A DNA stretch of 64,000 nt from an uncultured SAR86 cluster bacterium (GTDB lineage Bacteria; Pseudomonadota; Gammaproteobacteria; Magnimaribacterales; AG-339-G14), in assembly GCA_902563105.1 (NCBI GenBank), contig CACEVU010000001.1, positions 285,649 through 349,648 of the forward strand, given 5' to 3'. A program made the position numbers and the translations under genes. Below the pieces are notes generated by a model. The model was not told where the DNA came from. It saw only the letters and a list, made by a program, of their open reading frames with translations, and searched no databases. This document shows positions 1 through 13,400 of this stretch, one piece after another. Position 1 is the stretch's first letter, and each line of letters opens with the position of its first letter.

Positions 1-1
1 T

Positions 2-946
2 AGAGACCCTAACGGCATTAGACCTTTAATTTTAGGAAAAAAGGACAATGATCTCATTGGATCGGATTACATGATTGCATCTGAGAGTCCTGCTTTAGAA
101 ACTTTAAATTATGAAGTTGTTGGAGATGTAAATCCTGGAGAAGCTGTATTTATTTCTTTAGAAGGAGAGGTAGAAAGAAAGGCTTGTTATGAAAATCCTT
201 CTCATTTTCCTTGCATTTTTGAGTATGTTTATCTGGCAAGGCCTGATGCGGTGATAGACAAAATTTCAGTAATGAAATCTAGATTAAGAATGGGGCAATA
301 TTTAGGCAAAAAGATATTATCTTTATATCCTGACCATGATATAGATGCTGTAATTCCCATTCCAGAAAGCAGCACAACCACTGCAATTGAAGTTGCTAAG
401 ACCTTGAGAGTTAGTTACAGAGAGGGGTTTGTTAAAAATAGGTACATTGGTAGAACCTTCATAATGCCAAAGCAGGAGATGAGAAGTAAATCTGTTCGAA
501 GAAAGCTTAATCCCGTCTCATACGAATTTAAAGACAAAAATATTCTTTTGATAGACGATTCAATTGTCAGGGGAACAACTAGTAAGCAAATTGTTGAAAT
601 GGTTAAAAAAGTTGGAGCAAAAAAAGTATATTTTGCCTCAGCTGCTCCTCCAGTAAGATTCCAAAACGTTTATGGTATCGATATGGCAGCAACTTCTGAA
701 TTAATTGCTCATCAAAGAAATGAAAAACAAATTGCTGACTTCATTGGCGCAGATTGGTTAGTTTATCAAGATTTATCTGATCTAATTTTAGCCGCTCAGG
801 AAGGTAACTCTGAAATTGAAAATTTTGAAACCTCTATTTTCGATGGAAAATATATTTGCGGTTCAGTTACAGAAGAGTATCTTCTGAATTTAGAGGTCGA
901 TAGAAAAGACTCTAATAAGTCATCTACAAAAGGATTAATTAATTAG
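2..946 (+). CDS. purF: Amidophosphoribosyltransferase (PurF), C-terminal part; the 5' end lies upstream of the window
   Basis: The frame of track ORF 71..946 stays open back to nt 2 ([29 protein letters not shown]), which is typical PurF core sequence. PRPP-binding loop [14 protein letters not shown] is present. Convergent 8-nt overlap with acnB. Confidence 0.9.
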   Translation, partial: RDPNGIRPLILGKKDNDLIGSDYMIASESPALETLNYEVVGDVNPGEAVFISLEGEVERKACYENPSHFPCIFEYVYLARPDAVIDKISVMKSRLRMGQYLGKKILSLYPDHDIDAVIPIPESSTTTAIEVAKTLRVSYREGFVKNRYIGRTFIMPKQEMRSKSVRRKLNPVSYEFKDKNILLIDDSIVRGTTSKQIVEMVKKVGAKKVYFASAAPPVRFQNVYGIDMAATSELIAHQRNEKQIADFIGADWLVYQDLSDLILAAQEGNSEIENFETSIFDGKYICGSVTEEYLLNLEVDRKDSNKSSTKGLIN

Positions 947-3521
947 ATTCGATTGTTACACTTGGTAGCACAGCATTCTCAGCTGCATTTTTATAAGAAG
1001 AAATTTCATTAAAATTCATATATCTAAAAATTTCGGAAGACATCGTATTGATATCTTTCATGAAGTCCGCGTACTCTTCAATAGAAGGTAATTTCCCTAG
1101 AATAGAAGATATTGCAGCAAGTTCTGCCGAGGCCAGATAGACGTCCGCTCCATCTCCAAGCCTATTAGGAAAGTTTCTCGTGGAGGTAGATACCACAGTG
1201 GAGTTTGGCTCTACTCTTGCTTGATTTCCCATACACAAAGAGCATCCAGGCACCTCTGTTCTAACATCTGCTTTGTTATAAATATCATAAAACCCTTCTT
1301 CTTCTAATTGAAATTTATCCATCCTCGTAGGCGGAGAGATCCATAACCTTGTTGGTAAAGGGGAGTTTACGTTTTGAAGTAGCTTGCCGGCAGCTCTGAA
1401 ATGTCCAATATTTGTCATACAAGAGCCAATGAAAACTTCATCAATTTTGGCTTCCCCAATTTCAGAAAGAGTTTTAATATCATCAGGATCATTCGGACAG
1501 GCCAGAAGGGGTTCATTGATTTCATCAAGATTTATCTCTATTGTCGCCGCATATTTTGCATTCGAATCAGGCTTTAATAGAACTGGATTTTTTATCCAAG
1601 CTTCCATTTTTTGCGCTCTTCTTTCTAGAGTTCTTGCATCACCATATCCTTCGGAAATTAGCCACCTTAAAAGAACCACATTAGATTTTAAATATTCTAG
1701 AATTGGTTCTTCGTCGAGAAGAACAGTACACCCCGAAGCTGATCTTTCTGCAGAGGCATCTGAAAGCTCAAAAGCCTGTTCAATTTTTAAATTTGATAAG
1801 CCTTCAATCTCCAAACATCTTCCGGAGAATATATTTTTTTTATTCTCTTTTTCAACCGTCAATAATCCTTGTTGGATAGCAGCATAAGGAATTGCATTCA
1901 CCAAATCTCTCAAGGTAATTCCGGGCTGCATTTTTCCAGAAAATCTCACCAAAACAGATTCAGGCATATCCAAAGGGATCACTCCTAATGCAGCTCCAAA
2001 AGCTACAAGGCCTGATCCTGCTGGAAAACTTATTCCGATGGGAAACCTCGTGTGTGAATCTCCGCCAGTCCCAACCGTATCGGGTAATAGCATTCTGTTG
2101 AGCCAAGAATGAATAATTCCATCTCCCGGTTTAAGAGCAACTCCTCCTCTTGTTTTTATAAATTCAGGAAGAGTGTGTTGAGTCTCTATATCTACAGGTT
2201 TTGGATAGGCAACAGTATGACAAAAGGATTGCATCACTAAATCAGAAGTAAATCCCAAGCAAGCAAGTTCTTTGAGTTCATCTCTGGTCATTGGCCCCGT
2301 AGTATCTTGAGAACCAACAGTTGTCATTATTGGTTCGCAATATGTACCTGGCCTAATTCCCTCAACACCACAAGCTTTTCCAACCATTTTTTGAGCTAGA
2401 GTAAATCCATCGTCTGATTTGTCATCTTTTCCCGGTCTGACGAAGACTTCTGATGTAGGCAAATTTAAATAATCTCTAGCCTTATCAGTGAGGCTTCTTC
2501 CAATGATGAGAGGAATTCTTCCTCCAGCTCTTACCTCATCAAGAAAAGTTTCTGATTTAAGTTGAAATTTTGTTAAAAGTTTTCCATTAGCATCATTTAT
2601 TTCACCTTTATAGGGAAAAATAGAAATTACATCGCCCATGTTTAAATTTTCAACATCTGCTTCAAAAACTAAAGTTCCTGAATCCTCCATAGTGTTAAAA
2701 AATATAGGAGCTACCTTTTCTCCGATGCAAATTCCTCCAGTCTTTTTGTTAGGAATATGAGGAATGTCCTCTCCAATATGCCAAAGTACTGAGTTTGTGG
2801 CCGATTTTCTTGAAGAACCGGTTCCCATGACGTCTCCAACTAAAGTTACAGGTAAGTTAGATTTTTTTAATTCTTCAATTTTTTTGAGTGGCTCTTTAGG
2901 CAACCCCTCTCTTGGCATTTTATACATAGACAAAGCGTGAAGAGGAATATCTGGTCTTGACCAAGCGTCTGGCGCTGGGGATAGATCGTCTGTATTGGTC
3001 TCTCCAGGAACTTTAAAAATTATAGTATCGATTCTTTTGGGGACCTCCGACTTGGATAAAAACCAATCAGCATTAGCCCAGGATTCTAAGATTTTAGCTG
3101 CACCTTTAGAAGATTTTGATTTCTCCGCTATGTCGTTAAAAGCATCAAAAACTAGAAGTGTGTTTGATAAAGCCTTCACAGCTTCGTCTCCACATTCTAT
3201 GTCATCAATTAAAGCTATTAATGACTCAACATTATATCCGCCAAGCATTGTTCCCAGGAAATAAGTAGCTTTAACAGGAGAAATTAAATTACATTGAATT
3301 TTCTTTTGAGCTATGTCGGATAAAAAAGCAGCTTTTATGTAGGCTGCATCATCAACTCCTGCAGGAACTCTTTCGGTCAAAAGTTCGACAAGATTCGAAT
3401 TGTCATCAGAAGCATTTTTAATAAGCTCTATCAATTCAGAAGTCTGATCAGCATCCAATGGAAGAGGAGGGATACCTTGACTATTTCTTTCCTCGACTGA
3501 ATTTAAATAATTCTCAAGCAT
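939..3521 (-). CDS. acnB: Aconitate hydratase B (bifunctional aconitase / 2-methylisocitrate dehydratase)
   Basis: Collinear with E. coli AcnB as I recall it ([65 protein letters not shown]). Start moved to Met29 of the track ORF ([13 protein letters not shown]; ATG is the reverse complement of 3519-3521), which matches the AcnB N-terminus MLEEYRKHV. Confidence 0.95.
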   Translation of the reverse strand: MLENYLNSVEERNSQGIPPLPLDADQTSELIELIKNASDDNSNLVELLTERVPAGVDDAAYIKAAFLSDIAQKKIQCNLISPVKATYFLGTMLGGYNVESLIALIDDIECGDEAVKALSNTLLVFDAFNDIAEKSKSSKGAAKILESWANADWFLSKSEVPKRIDTIIFKVPGETNTDDLSPAPDAWSRPDIPLHALSMYKMPREGLPKEPLKKIEELKKSNLPVTLVGDVMGTGSSRKSATNSVLWHIGEDIPHIPNKKTGGICIGEKVAPIFFNTMEDSGTLVFEADVENLNMGDVISIFPYKGEINDANGKLLTKFQLKSETFLDEVRAGGRIPLIIGRSLTDKARDYLNLPTSEVFVRPGKDDKSDDGFTLAQKMVGKACGVEGIRPGTYCEPIMTTVGSQDTTGPMTRDELKELACLGFTSDLVMQSFCHTVAYPKPVDIETQHTLPEFIKTRGGVALKPGDGIIHSWLNRMLLPDTVGTGGDSHTRFPIGISFPAGSGLVAFGAALGVIPLDMPESVLVRFSGKMQPGITLRDLVNAIPYAAIQQGLLTVEKENKKNIFSGRCLEIEGLSNLKIEQAFELSDASAERSASGCTVLLDEEPILEYLKSNVVLLRWLISEGYGDARTLERRAQKMEAWIKNPVLLKPDSNAKYAATIEINLDEINEPLLACPNDPDDIKTLSEIGEAKIDEVFIGSCMTNIGHFRAAGKLLQNVNSPLPTRLWISPPTRMDKFQLEEEGFYDIYNKADVRTEVPGCSLCMGNQARVEPNSTVVSTSTRNFPNRLGDGADVYLASAELAAISSILGKLPSIEEYADFMKDINTMSSEIFRYMNFNEISSYKNAAENAVLPSVTIESN

Positions 3522-3597
3522 TTCATCTATAAAAAAAATTATTATATCATGATGAGTCAAGAATCTTATTTTCAAAATTATTGATAGAATAGTATCA

Positions 3598-4059
3598 ATG
3601 ACCAACAGAACTAGAACGCCTTGTGTAGGAATTTGTTCAACAACTTATGGGGACGAGGTCTGCAGAGGCTGTAAAAGATTTTCATTTGAAGTAATTAATT
3701 GGAACGGCTTTACTCCCGAAGAAAGAGAATCTGTTTGGAAAAGATTAGAAAAATTAAAAACTCAGATTATGTCGTCAAGGTTACAAATTCTTGAACCAGA
3801 ACATTTAGATAAGAAAATTAAACACTTCCAGTTAAAAATAAAAGATGATTTGAATGACCTGTCAAAAGCTTTTGAACTCATAAAGCAAGTTAGTGAGAGT
3901 TTTAACGACTTAGAAGAGTTTGGAATAAAAATTTTGAATAAAAAGCAATCATTGATTGAGCTAAAAGAAGAAATCGAAGAGGAACTTTATATCTTGTCAA
4001 AAGCTCACTACGAAAAATACTTCGTAGAACCTTTACAAAGGAATAAATCTATTAAATAG
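3598..4059 (+). CDS. DUF1289 (YdhL-like) cysteine-motif protein with a ~100-aa helical C-terminal extension
   Basis: N-terminal motif [21 protein letters not shown] is characteristic of DUF1289. The rest is K/E-rich and helical with no recognised motif. Confidence 0.6.
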   Translation: MTNRTRTPCVGICSTTYGDEVCRGCKRFSFEVINWNGFTPEERESVWKRLEKLKTQIMSSRLQILEPEHLDKKIKHFQLKIKDDLNDLSKAFELIKQVSESFNDLEEFGIKILNKKQSLIELKEEIEEELYILSKAHYEKYFVEPLQRNKSIK

Positions 4060-4762
4060 AACCCGACACAAGTTCTATTTTTTCGCCATCTAAACTTATA
4101 AACCAATATTTTTCATCCCAGTCTCCCAAAACAAATCTTTCACCAAAAATTTCATTGTGTACTTTTGGACGGTGAACATGTCCATGAATAAGAATATCAA
4201 TTTTATTTTCTAAACCTATTTTCTCTATTTCCAATTTATTGACATCCATCAGGAAATCTTCTTTCTCAGAATTTTTTTTTGAACTCTCTTTGCGGAGTTG
4301 CCGAGCTATCTCATTTCTCTCAAATATACTTTTTGAAAGAAAATCTTTTTTCCATTCAGGAGTTCTAACAGTTGACTTAAATTTTTGATATTCAATATCA
4401 TCGATACAAAAAATATCTCCGTGTGAAAGCATAATTTTCTTTTTTCCGGATTTAAGAATATATGGATCAGGAAGAATTTTAGCTCCACAAAGATTTGCAA
4501 ATTTTTCTCCTAATAAAAAGTCTCTATTACCATGCATGATAAAAATATTTTTATTGTCTTTTGAAAAAAGTTTAAGCTTTTTTATAACCTCTTTAGAAAA
4601 ATTATCTTGTAAATCATCACCAATCCAAACTTCAAATAAATCTCCAAGGATGTACAAGTTTTCAAATCTTGTAGCCTCAGATTCTAAAAAATTGAAAAAA
4701 CTATTTTTTATATCTTTTCTTTTTTCATGTAAATGAAGATCAGATATAAAACAGGATGACAT
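4052..4762 (-). CDS. lpxH: UDP-2,3-diacylglucosamine diphosphatase
   Basis: Metallophosphoesterase motifs ISDLHL, GDLFEVWIGDD, HGNRDFL, SHGD, GHVHRP. It lies immediately downstream of ppiB with cysS divergent, as in E. coli. Confidence 0.85.
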   Translation of the reverse strand: MSSCFISDLHLHEKRKDIKNSFFNFLESEATRFENLYILGDLFEVWIGDDLQDNFSKEVIKKLKLFSKDNKNIFIMHGNRDFLLGEKFANLCGAKILPDPYILKSGKKKIMLSHGDIFCIDDIEYQKFKSTVRTPEWKKDFLSKSIFERNEIARQLRKESSKKNSEKEDFLMDVNKLEIEKIGLENKIDILIHGHVHRPKVHNEIFGERFVLGDWDEKYWFISLDGEKIELVSGSI

Positions 4763-5257
4763 TTATTTTTTTTCAACTTTAATAATATAAACGTCCTCTA
4801 TAGGAACATCCTGATAAGGTCCAACATTTGTGGTTCTTACTTCGGCGATTTTATCTATAATCTCTTCTCCAGAAATGACTTTACCAAATACTGCATATCC
4901 TCCCATTGAAGGGTAGTCCAAAGACTTATTGTCAGTTAAGTTTATAAAGAATTGGGATGTAGCAGAATCTAAGTCCTGGGTCCTAGCCATTGATAAAGTA
5001 TACTTGTCGTTTTTAAGTCCATTGTCTGCTTCATTTTTTATAGGAGGATTTGTTTCCTTAGGAGACATTCCAATTTCAAAACCCCCTCCCTGAATTACAA
5101 ATCCAGGAATGACTCTGTGAAATAGGGTGTTCTCATAGAAGTTTTGTTCTACGTATTCAACAAAATTGTTAGCTGTTATGGGCGCTTCTTTTTGATAAAG
5201 TTCAATATCAAAGTTACCTATAGAAGTAGTAATGGTCAAAAGTATAATTTCATTCAT
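4763..5257 (-). CDS. ppiB: Peptidyl-prolyl cis-trans isomerase B (cyclophilin type)
   Basis: 164 aa, the same length as E. coli PpiB. Motifs FHRVIPGFVIQGGGF, LSMARTQDLDSATSQFFIN, GYAVFGKV. Confidence 0.9.
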   Translation of the reverse strand: MNEIILLTITTSIGNFDIELYQKEAPITANNFVEYVEQNFYENTLFHRVIPGFVIQGGGFEIGMSPKETNPPIKNEADNGLKNDKYTLSMARTQDLDSATSQFFINLTDNKSLDYPSMGGYAVFGKVISGEEIIDKIAEVRTTNVGPYQDVPIEDVYIIKVEKK

Positions 5258-5294
5258 AATAATTCATCATACCTTTATCCTGTAATAGTTAAAA

Positions 5295-6656
5295 ATGAAA
5301 ATATTTAATTCTCTAACAGGAAAAAAAGAAACATTTAAACCTAAAGTTAAAAACCAAGTAAGTATATATATCTGCGGACTAACTCCTTATGACGATATTC
5401 ATATTGGACACGCAAGAACTTTTATAAATTTTGACGTAATTGTTCGGTTTTTTAAATTTACAAAATACAAGGTCAATTATGTTAGAAATATAACGGATGT
5501 AGATGACAAAATTATATTGCGTGCAAAAGAAGATGGTATTTCTGTCCTAGATTTATCAAAAAAGTATATTGAAGAAATGCATCATGATTTTTCTTCATTA
5601 GGAATTGAAGATCCCGATCAAGAGCCAAAAGTATCAGATCACATCAATGAAATCATCGCAATGATTAAATCTCTAGAAGATAAAGGGTATGCATATACAA
5701 AAAACGATTCAGATGTATATTTTGATGTACAAAAGTACGATGATTATGGAAGTCTTTCAAACAGAAGTTTAGATCAAATATCTTCTTCTGAAAGAATAAT
5801 CAAAGATTTAAACAAAAATCATGAGGCTGATTTTGTCTTATGGAAAACAAATACCGATGGGATATCATGGCCATCCCCCTGGGGAGAAGGAAGACCGGGT
5901 TGGCATATTGAATGTTCTGCAATGAGTATTAAATACTTGGGAGAGGAATTTGATATTCATGGAGGTGGCTTAGATCTGAAGTTTCCGCACCATGAGAATG
6001 AAATTGCCCAAGCTAAGTGCGCAACTCAAAAGAATTTTGCTTCGACATGGATGCATACAGGACCATTAAGAATTGAAGACGAAAAAATGTCTAAATCTTT
6101 AAAAAATTTTATCACGGTAAAAGAAATCCTAAATAAATTTCATCCTGAAGTAGTAAGACTTTTTTTCTTACTAACTCATTATAGAAATCCAATTTCGTAT
6201 TCTAATGATGGACTTTCAAATGCAAAAAAAATTCTTGATAGATTTTATCTAGCTTTTAATAAGAAAAATATTTCTAAAGAGTTTTCTGAAGACAATTCTT
6301 TGATAAAAGATTATGAACTCGCAATGAAAGATGATTTTAATACTCCCAAGGCTATAAAAATACTTCAGTCCTACATTGGAAATTTAGAAAAAACTAGTGA
6401 TGATAATTTGAATAAATTTGGTAGCTTAAAAAAGATTTTGAACTCATTGGGTCTCTTTAAGGATGAGCCTGAAAATTATTTCAAATATGGCGATTTGGAT
6501 ATTCAAGAAAACGAAATAGAGCTCTTGATAAACGAAAGAAATAGAGCCAGAGAAAATAAAGATTTTGGTTTAGCAGATGATATAAGAACTAAACTAAAGG
6601 CCAAAGGAATAGTTTTAGAGGACTTAGAGGGCAAAACTGTCTGGAAAAAATCTTAA
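5295..6656 (+). CDS. cysS: Cysteine--tRNA ligase
   Basis: Class I signatures HIGHARTF and [24 protein letters not shown] zinc/cysteine-binding region. Confidence 0.95.
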   Translation: MKIFNSLTGKKETFKPKVKNQVSIYICGLTPYDDIHIGHARTFINFDVIVRFFKFTKYKVNYVRNITDVDDKIILRAKEDGISVLDLSKKYIEEMHHDFSSLGIEDPDQEPKVSDHINEIIAMIKSLEDKGYAYTKNDSDVYFDVQKYDDYGSLSNRSLDQISSSERIIKDLNKNHEADFVLWKTNTDGISWPSPWGEGRPGWHIECSAMSIKYLGEEFDIHGGGLDLKFPHHENEIAQAKCATQKNFASTWMHTGPLRIEDEKMSKSLKNFITVKEILNKFHPEVVRLFFLLTHYRNPISYSNDGLSNAKKILDRFYLAFNKKNISKEFSEDNSLIKDYELAMKDDFNTPKAIKILQSYIGNLEKTSDDNLNKFGSLKKILNSLGLFKDEPENYFKYGDLDIQENEIELLINERNRARENKDFGLADDIRTKLKAKGIVLEDLEGKTVWKKS

Positions 6657-7594
6657 AATAAGCTAGTAAGATAAAGTCCAATTGACACAAACATTCCAAC
6701 TCCAAAAAGAGGATAAAGTATTTTTTTTAAATTTCCTTCTTGTCGTCCGATAATAATTAATAAAATAAAAGCTGCCGTAAATGCACTCATCACCATAAAA
6801 TCTCTACTAAAAATTTCATCATCAAAAACAGTAGAAGTTCCGATTCCAATAATCGGAAAAATTAAAACAATATTTAAAATATTAGATCCAACTATATTTC
6901 CAACAACCATATTTCCTTTGTTTCTTCTAAGCGCTGAAATCGAAGCGGCTAATTCAGGCAAACTCGTACCTATTGCAACCATCGTAAGACCAACTACAGC
7001 ATCTGGAATGCCCAAGCCTAAAGCTAAATCGACCCCACCACGGACCGTCAGTTCAGAGCCAAGGCCCAACAAAATTAAACTGATTATTATTAGAAATGAA
7101 ACTTTAAGAAGTGATGCGTCTTTGTGAACATTCTCTTGATTTTCTTCAGGCTTTTCTCTTAGTAAGTTTAAAACGAATAAAATAAATAATGCTATGAAGA
7201 CGATGGAATCCCCAATAGAAATTTTTAAATCAAATAAAGACCACCCAGCTATGAGCACACTTAAGATAAGAATAAAAATATTTCTAAGACTTATATTAAG
7301 CATTTCCGAAGCGAGCCAAAAAAGGCTCAAACCATAAATAATGGCAATGTTGCTTATGTTTGATCCTATAGAGTTACCAAGAGCTATAGCAGGGGCATTA
7401 TTTATTATCGAAGAAATGCTGACAAAAATTTCAGGAATTGATGTGCCTAAAGCAACCAAAGTAATTCCTATTACAACATCACTTATTCCTAATTTTGACC
7501 CAAGCTGCGAGCTATAATGTATAAAAATCTCTGCTCCAGCAATCAGTACACCCAAACCAGTTACAAAAATTACAGCCGCATAAAGTAATTCCAT
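6653..7594 (-). CDS. Ca2+/Na+ antiporter, CaCA (YrbG-like) family
   Basis: Polytopic membrane protein with the two alpha-repeat signatures GTSIPEIF and GTSLPELA. Confidence 0.8.
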   Translation of the reverse strand: MELLYAAVIFVTGLGVLIAGAEIFIHYSSQLGSKLGISDVVIGITLVALGTSIPEIFVSISSIINNAPAIALGNSIGSNISNIAIIYGLSLFWLASEMLNISLRNIFILILSVLIAGWSLFDLKISIGDSIVFIALFILFVLNLLREKPEENQENVHKDASLLKVSFLIIISLILLGLGSELTVRGGVDLALGLGIPDAVVGLTMVAIGTSLPELAASISALRRNKGNMVVGNIVGSNILNIVLIFPIIGIGTSTVFDDEIFSRDFMVMSAFTAAFILLIIIGRQEGNLKKILYPLFGVGMFVSIGLYLTSLF

Positions 7595-7598
7595 TTTT

Positions 7599-8315
7599 CT
7601 ACAAATTCGCCTTTGTTATGTACCTACAATATTCACAGTTTGGATTAGCCTCAGGAATAATATCACTTTCAAGAATTTTTTTTATTTCTCTAGTAACTGG
7701 ATCAATCCAATCGGTACTTCCTTTGTAGCTGATTATCTTTGTTTTGAATTCAAGAATATTATTGAAATCTTTTTTATCTGCCACTCCATTACAATAAACA
7801 AAATAAGCAATATCTTCGACGTCAAATCCATTTTTTTTGAAAAGCCATTGATATATCTCGATTTGTCTTTTGTAGCTAATTTGCCAGGGAGCATCTAAAG
7901 AAACCTCACCTTTTTTCGACGTAGCTTTATAGTCAACAAGAATGATTTTTTCATTGATAGTGCTAATCCAAACATCATCAACCAAGCCATAAAAATATAA
8001 ATTAGTATCAATATCTAAAAAACCTATACCTTTATTTCTAGTTCTCCAATTCTCTATTTCAGGATGTTCGAAAGGCTTTGCATCTATTCCGTATTCTTCA
8101 ATCAAAGGATGATTCTTTTCTGTACCCCTATAAATATCAAATTCATTTTTTAATAACTCATCTACAGCATTATTAAGATTAAACGGAAACTGCGCAGGAC
8201 GAGAAATGCCCAATTTTTCTTCTAGATAAAAGCATTTTTTACATCTACAGAAATTTTCTATTCTTGATCGGCTTAGTTTATAAGGATCTGATGATTGGTT
8301 AGAATAAATAGGCAT
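7599..8315 (-). CDS. PD-(D/E)XK nuclease family protein, Cas4-like cysteine pattern
   Basis: Motifs GLVDDVW, ILVDYKATSK (D..(D/E)xK) and QIEIYQWL (QxxxY). N-terminal FCRCKKCFY and C-terminal NCEYCRY cysteines. Start moved to ATG at 8315 because the longer track ORF runs into tRNA-Asn. Confidence 0.6.
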   Translation of the reverse strand: MPIYSNQSSDPYKLSRSRIENFCRCKKCFYLEEKLGISRPAQFPFNLNNAVDELLKNEFDIYRGTEKNHPLIEEYGIDAKPFEHPEIENWRTRNKGIGFLDIDTNLYFYGLVDDVWISTINEKIILVDYKATSKKGEVSLDAPWQISYKRQIEIYQWLFKKNGFDVEDIAYFVYCNGVADKKDFNNILEFKTKIISYKGSTDWIDPVTREIKKILESDIIPEANPNCEYCRYITKANL

Positions 8316-8323
8316 TTTATCTT

Positions 8324-8399
<76 letters not shown>

Positions 8400-8432
8400 A
8401 AAAGGTATGTATTATAAGCAAAATATTAATTA

Positions 8433-10430
8433 ATGAGTAAATCATTTCAAATAAAGTCAAATTTCGGACCATCTGGAGACCAACCTGAAGCAATTCAGAA
8501 AATCGTTAAAGGTTTGAAGTCCGGGCTCTTAAATCAAACTCTAAAAGGGGTTACAGGATCAGGAAAAACCTTTGCTATGGCAAATGTTATAGAAAACCTT
8601 CAGAGACCAGCCATAGTGATGTCTCATAATAAAACTCTAGCTGCTCAACTCTATGGCGAGTTTAAGGAATTTTTTCCTAAAAATGCAGTTGAATATTTTG
8701 TTTCCTACTATGATTATTATCAGCCTGAAGCATATGTTCCATCCTCTGATGTATTCATAGAAAAAGATGCTTCTATAAATGAACACATAGAACAGATGAG
8801 ACTTTCAGCAACAAAGGCAGTTCTTGAGAGAAGAGATGTGATTATTGTTGCTACTGTTTCAGCTATTTATGGCCTCGGGGATCCAAAATCGTATCTAAAA
8901 ATGGTATTACATCTTGATAGAGGCGATGAGCTTGATCTTAGCGAATTACTTTTAAGATTAGCAGAGCTCCAATATACGAGGAATGATATTGAATTCAAGC
9001 GAGCTACTTATAGAGTGAAAGGAGATGTAGTGGATATATTTCCAGCTGAATCTGAAAAGGAAGCTTTGAGGATTGAGTTTTTTGACAAAGAATTAGAATC
9101 TTTAAAATATTTTGATCCCCTTACAGGAGAAATTTTTAGAGAAGTACCCAGAGCAACAATTTTCCCAAAAACTCATTACGTTACTTCAAGAGACATTATG
9201 CTATCAGCCATGAAAAAAATTAGATCTGAGATGCAACAAAGAGTGAAGTTCTTCAAGAATAATGAAAAGTTCATTGAGGCCCAAAGGATAGAAGAGAGAA
9301 CAAAATTTGATTTGGAAATGATTAAAGAACTTGGCTATTGCTCAGGAATTGAAAACTATTCAAGGTATTTATCCGGAAGGGGTGAGGGCGAAGCGCCACC
9401 TACTCTTTACGACTATTTGCCTGATGATACTATTGTTTTTGTTGACGAATCTCATGTCTCTCTGCCTCAAATAAAGGGAATGTACAGAGGTGATAGGTCT
9501 CGAAAGGAAACGCTGGCTGATTATGGTTTTAGATTACCTAGTGCTCTTGATAATCGACCTCTTCGTTTTGATGAATGGGAGTCAATGTCAGGCCAAAAGA
9601 TATTTGTCTCTGCAACTCCAGGAGAATATGAGGATACGCACTTAGATCAATTAATAGAGATGGTTGCAAGACCTACCGGATTATTAGATCCCTCCATAGA
9701 GATTAGGCCAGCTACAAACCAAGTTGATGACTTAATTTCTGAGATAAAAAAACGAACAGAAAAAAAAGAGCGTGTACTTGCTACTGTACTTACTAAACGA
9801 ATGGCAGAAGATTTAAGTCAATATCTTTTTGAAAGGGATATTAACGTAAGATACTTGCATTCAGACATTGACACAGTAGAAAGAGTTGAGATTTTAAGAG
9901 AACTCAGAATGGGTAATTTTGATGTTTTGATTGGAATAAATCTTTTAAGAGAAGGCCTTGATCTTCCCGAAGTATCTTTAGTAGCTATTTTAGATGCTGA
10001 TAAAGAAGGATTTTTAAGATCAGAAACAAGTATGATTCAAACAATAGGCAGGGCGGCTAGACATGAAAAGGGACATGCCATTCTTTATGCTGACCAAATT
10101 ACAGGATCAATACAAAAAACCCTCGATGAAACTGACAGAAGAAGAAAAATCCAAGAAAAATTTAATAAGAAAAATAATATCAAGCCAAGAGGAATTCATA
10201 AACCAATAACGGATATTTTAGAAGGTTCAAAACTCTCATCTAAAAAAAAGTTCATTAAAAAAGTTGAAGACAAAATTGATGAAGAATTTTTAAATCCAAA
10301 AGACTTATCTGCAAGAATAGATGATCTGGAGAAATTGATGTTAAGTCATGCAAATAAATTAGAATTTGAAGAAGCAGCATCTTTGAGAGATAAGATTTCA
10401 ACTTTAAAAGAAAAATTACTACTTAGCTAA
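8433..10430 (+). CDS. uvrB: Excinuclease ABC subunit B
   Basis: GVTGSGKTF Walker [11 protein letters not shown], helicase C motifs, C-terminal UVR motif ([13 protein letters not shown]). Confidence 0.95.
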   Translation: MSKSFQIKSNFGPSGDQPEAIQKIVKGLKSGLLNQTLKGVTGSGKTFAMANVIENLQRPAIVMSHNKTLAAQLYGEFKEFFPKNAVEYFVSYYDYYQPEAYVPSSDVFIEKDASINEHIEQMRLSATKAVLERRDVIIVATVSAIYGLGDPKSYLKMVLHLDRGDELDLSELLLRLAELQYTRNDIEFKRATYRVKGDVVDIFPAESEKEALRIEFFDKELESLKYFDPLTGEIFREVPRATIFPKTHYVTSRDIMLSAMKKIRSEMQQRVKFFKNNEKFIEAQRIEERTKFDLEMIKELGYCSGIENYSRYLSGRGEGEAPPTLYDYLPDDTIVFVDESHVSLPQIKGMYRGDRSRKETLADYGFRLPSALDNRPLRFDEWESMSGQKIFVSATPGEYEDTHLDQLIEMVARPTGLLDPSIEIRPATNQVDDLISEIKKRTEKKERVLATVLTKRMAEDLSQYLFERDINVRYLHSDIDTVERVEILRELRMGNFDVLIGINLLREGLDLPEVSLVAILDADKEGFLRSETSMIQTIGRAARHEKGHAILYADQITGSIQKTLDETDRRRKIQEKFNKKNNIKPRGIHKPITDILEGSKLSSKKKFIKKVEDKIDEEFLNPKDLSARIDDLEKLMLSHANKLEFEEAASLRDKISTLKEKLLLS

Positions 10431-10470
10431 AATATTGACAATACAATTCAGGTATAATTTCTATTTTTGA

Positions 10471-13400
10471 ATGCCTGTAAAAGTATTAAGCTCTAAATTA
10501 GTCATTATTTCGGGAGAAAAAGTTTTTCCGAAAGAAAAATTAAAGAAACTCAAGTTATCTATTTCTGAAAAAGATTCAAGAAAATATTTTTTCAATTATT
10601 GTTATTTACTTTCCCTCAAGAAATCCTGGAAAGATATTCATGATGATAAGATTAAGAAAATCTTTGAACTTTTAAATGTTCAACATCAGGATAATTCTTT
10701 AAATATATCTAACAGAACAATTTTTATCTTACCCAGAAATGGTTCTCAATCTCCTTGGTCTTCAAAAACAGAGGATATTTTTGCTTCATGTGATTTAAAT
10801 GAAGTTACAAGAATTGAAAAAATTAAAGCTTTAAATTTAAAAGATTTTTCAGACAAAATTTTGACTAAAGAAGGTTTTCCATTTGATAACTTGACTGAAG
10901 AATTCTCAATACGTCTAAATGATTTAAAAACTTTCTTCGCTGGATCAAAAAAAGATTCTTTTTCCTTTAAACATATAAAAAATGATTTTCACAATTATCT
11001 AGATGCAAATTTATCTTATGGATTTGGTCTTAATAAATTTGAAATAAATTATTTATTAAATTGCTATAAAGATTTAAAACGGAATCCCACTGATGTAGAG
11101 TTGATGATGTTTTCTCAAGTTAATTCTGAACATTGTCGCCATAAATTTTTTAATGCTTCATGGCAGGATTCGAATGAAAAAATACAACCTAGTCTTTTTC
11201 AACAAATTAAATCGACTTATGGCAATAACAAGCAAGGTGTTTTAGTTGCTTATGACGATAATGCTGCGGTCATAGAGTCAGAAAGTTCTGAAAAGTTTTA
11301 TTTAGATACTTTAAAAAAAGAGTATGAGACAAAAAAACTCAAGCACAATATTTGTATTAAAGTTGAAACTCATAATCACCCAACTGCTGTTTCTCCCTTT
11401 GAAGGTGCTGCTACTGGATCAGGAGGAGAAATTAGAGATGAGGGAGCAACTGGCACCGGAGCGCAACCTAAAGCCGGTTTAACAGGTTACTCTGTTTCAT
11501 ACTTAAGATTAGACAATTTAAATGAGAAATGGGAATTTAAGGAAGATAGACCGAATAGAATCTCATCTCCAAAAAAAATTATGATCGAAGGCCCCCTGGG
11601 GGCAGCTTCATTCAATAATGAATTTGGTAGACCAAATCTTAATGGATATTTCCGATCTTTTGAGCAAAAAATAAACGGAGACTTTTATGGTTTTCATAAG
11701 CCAATAATGATCGCGGGTGGCTTGGGAAGTATAAGTTCAAATAATACTTTTAAAAAGATAGTAAAACCTGGAACAAAAATTGTCGTATTGGGCGGCCCAA
11801 GCTATTTAATAGGTTTAGGAGGAGGATCGGCTTCATCCGTGCAAGCAGGATCTTCAAAAGAAAATCTTGATTATGCATCCGTACAAAGATCAAATCCTGA
11901 AATGCAAAGAAGATGTCAAGAAGTAATAAATTTATGTTCCCTAAAAGGATCTAAAAATCCTATTCTATTTATCCATGATGTTGGAGCCGGCGGCTTATCA
12001 AATGCAATTCCTGAATTAGCAAACGACTGTAAATTAGGAGCCTTATTGAACTTAAGAAAAATTCCTTTAGCTGACAATTCTTTATCTGCTTTAGAAATTT
12101 GGTCTAACGAATCTCAAGAAAGATATGTTTTAGCTGTAGCAGAAAGTTCTATACAAGAATTTAAAAAATATTGTGAAAGAGAAAAATGCCCTTACGCCAT
12201 AGTTGGGACTTTGACTAAAAATAAAATATTTAAACTTAAAGATGAAAAAACTGGAAATTATCCCATCAATCTTCCTATGAATACTATTTTTGGATACAAG
12301 GAAGAAAATGTTTATAGAATCACAGAAGAAAAAGAGAAAATTTCTTTTTCAAAACCTAAATCCATAAATTTAAAGAAATCAATTTTAGATGTATTAAGAC
12401 ATCCTACAGTTGGCTCAAAAAGCTTCTTAATTAATATTGGAGATAGAAGTGTTGGAGGACTTACTTACAGAGATCAATTTGTAGGGCCATTTCAAATTCC
12501 TGTTTCTGATTATGCCATGACATTATCAAACTTTGACTCGAGCAATGGAGAAGCAATGTCAATGGGAGAAAAATCACCTATAGCTATCTCTAATCCTATT
12601 GCTGCAGGGAAGTTAGCTCTTGCAGAAAGTATTTTGAATCTTTTGCCTTCAGGAATTGAAAAACTATCAGATGCAAAGATATCAGCAAATTGGATGGCTA
12701 GCCCTGACAACGATAAAAGAAAGACAGATTTATACCAAACCGTAAGGGAGCTAACTCAAAAAGTTTGTAAGCCATGGAAAATAACAATTCCAGTTGGAAA
12801 AGACTCTTTATCTATGAAAACAATTTGGAAAAACCAGAAAAAGACAAACTTGTCTCCGCAAAGTTTGATTGTAAGCGCTTTTTCAAAAATTAATGATGTT
12901 TCGCGAAGTTTGACGCCTCAATTATTAAATAACAAGGATTTTATCCTGGTTTATTTGGATCTCTCAAAGAAAAAGAAACGTTTAGGAGGATCAATTCTTT
13001 CCGAGGTTTCTCAGCAATTTTTTACTGATACTCCAGATTTAGAGTGCTTAGAAGAATTCCCAAAAATCTATGATTTCTTAGCAAATCAAATTAAAAAGAA
13101 AAAAATCCATTCTTTTCACGATATTTCAGACGGAGGTTTAATTGCTGCTGCAATTGAAATGATGATTGCCGGCGGGTGTGGTTTAAATCTTGACCTATCA
13201 AATATTTCTTCTCTAAAAGAAGATACTGCACTTTTCTCAGAAGAATTGGGACTTTTATTTCAAATTGATAAAAAGGATTTTTTTACTTTCAAGGAAAAGA
13301 TTACTAAGCTTGGTCTAAAACATTCTTTTTTTAAGATCGGATTGACCAATAATTCCAATGCTTTAAATCTCAAAACACACAGCCAGGAAATAATTCTTAG

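Noticed and set aside
1384-1887. Long antisense ORFs inside well-supported genes. Examples: 1384..1887 and 2995..3264 in acnB, 19885..20250 in lysC, 28285..28827 in the crotonase, 47172..47510 in the ACAD, 41530..41883 in ligA.
   Set aside because: Each lies fully within, and antisense to, a gene with strong family motifs. Their translations are low-complexity, S/F/L/I-rich and motif-free. They are shadow ORFs produced by codon bias on the opposite strand.
3522-3605. 28-codon N-terminal extension of acnB that overlaps the divergent DUF1289 gene.
   Set aside because: The AcnB family N-terminus (MLE.Y...V.ER) aligns with the internal Met at 3521, and the extension is hydrophobic filler.
10435-10458. 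TTGACA and TATAAT hexamers upstream of purL as a promoter.
   Set aside because: The hexamers are separated by only 12 nt, far from the 16-18 nt spacing of sigma70 promoters, so they are not called as a pair.
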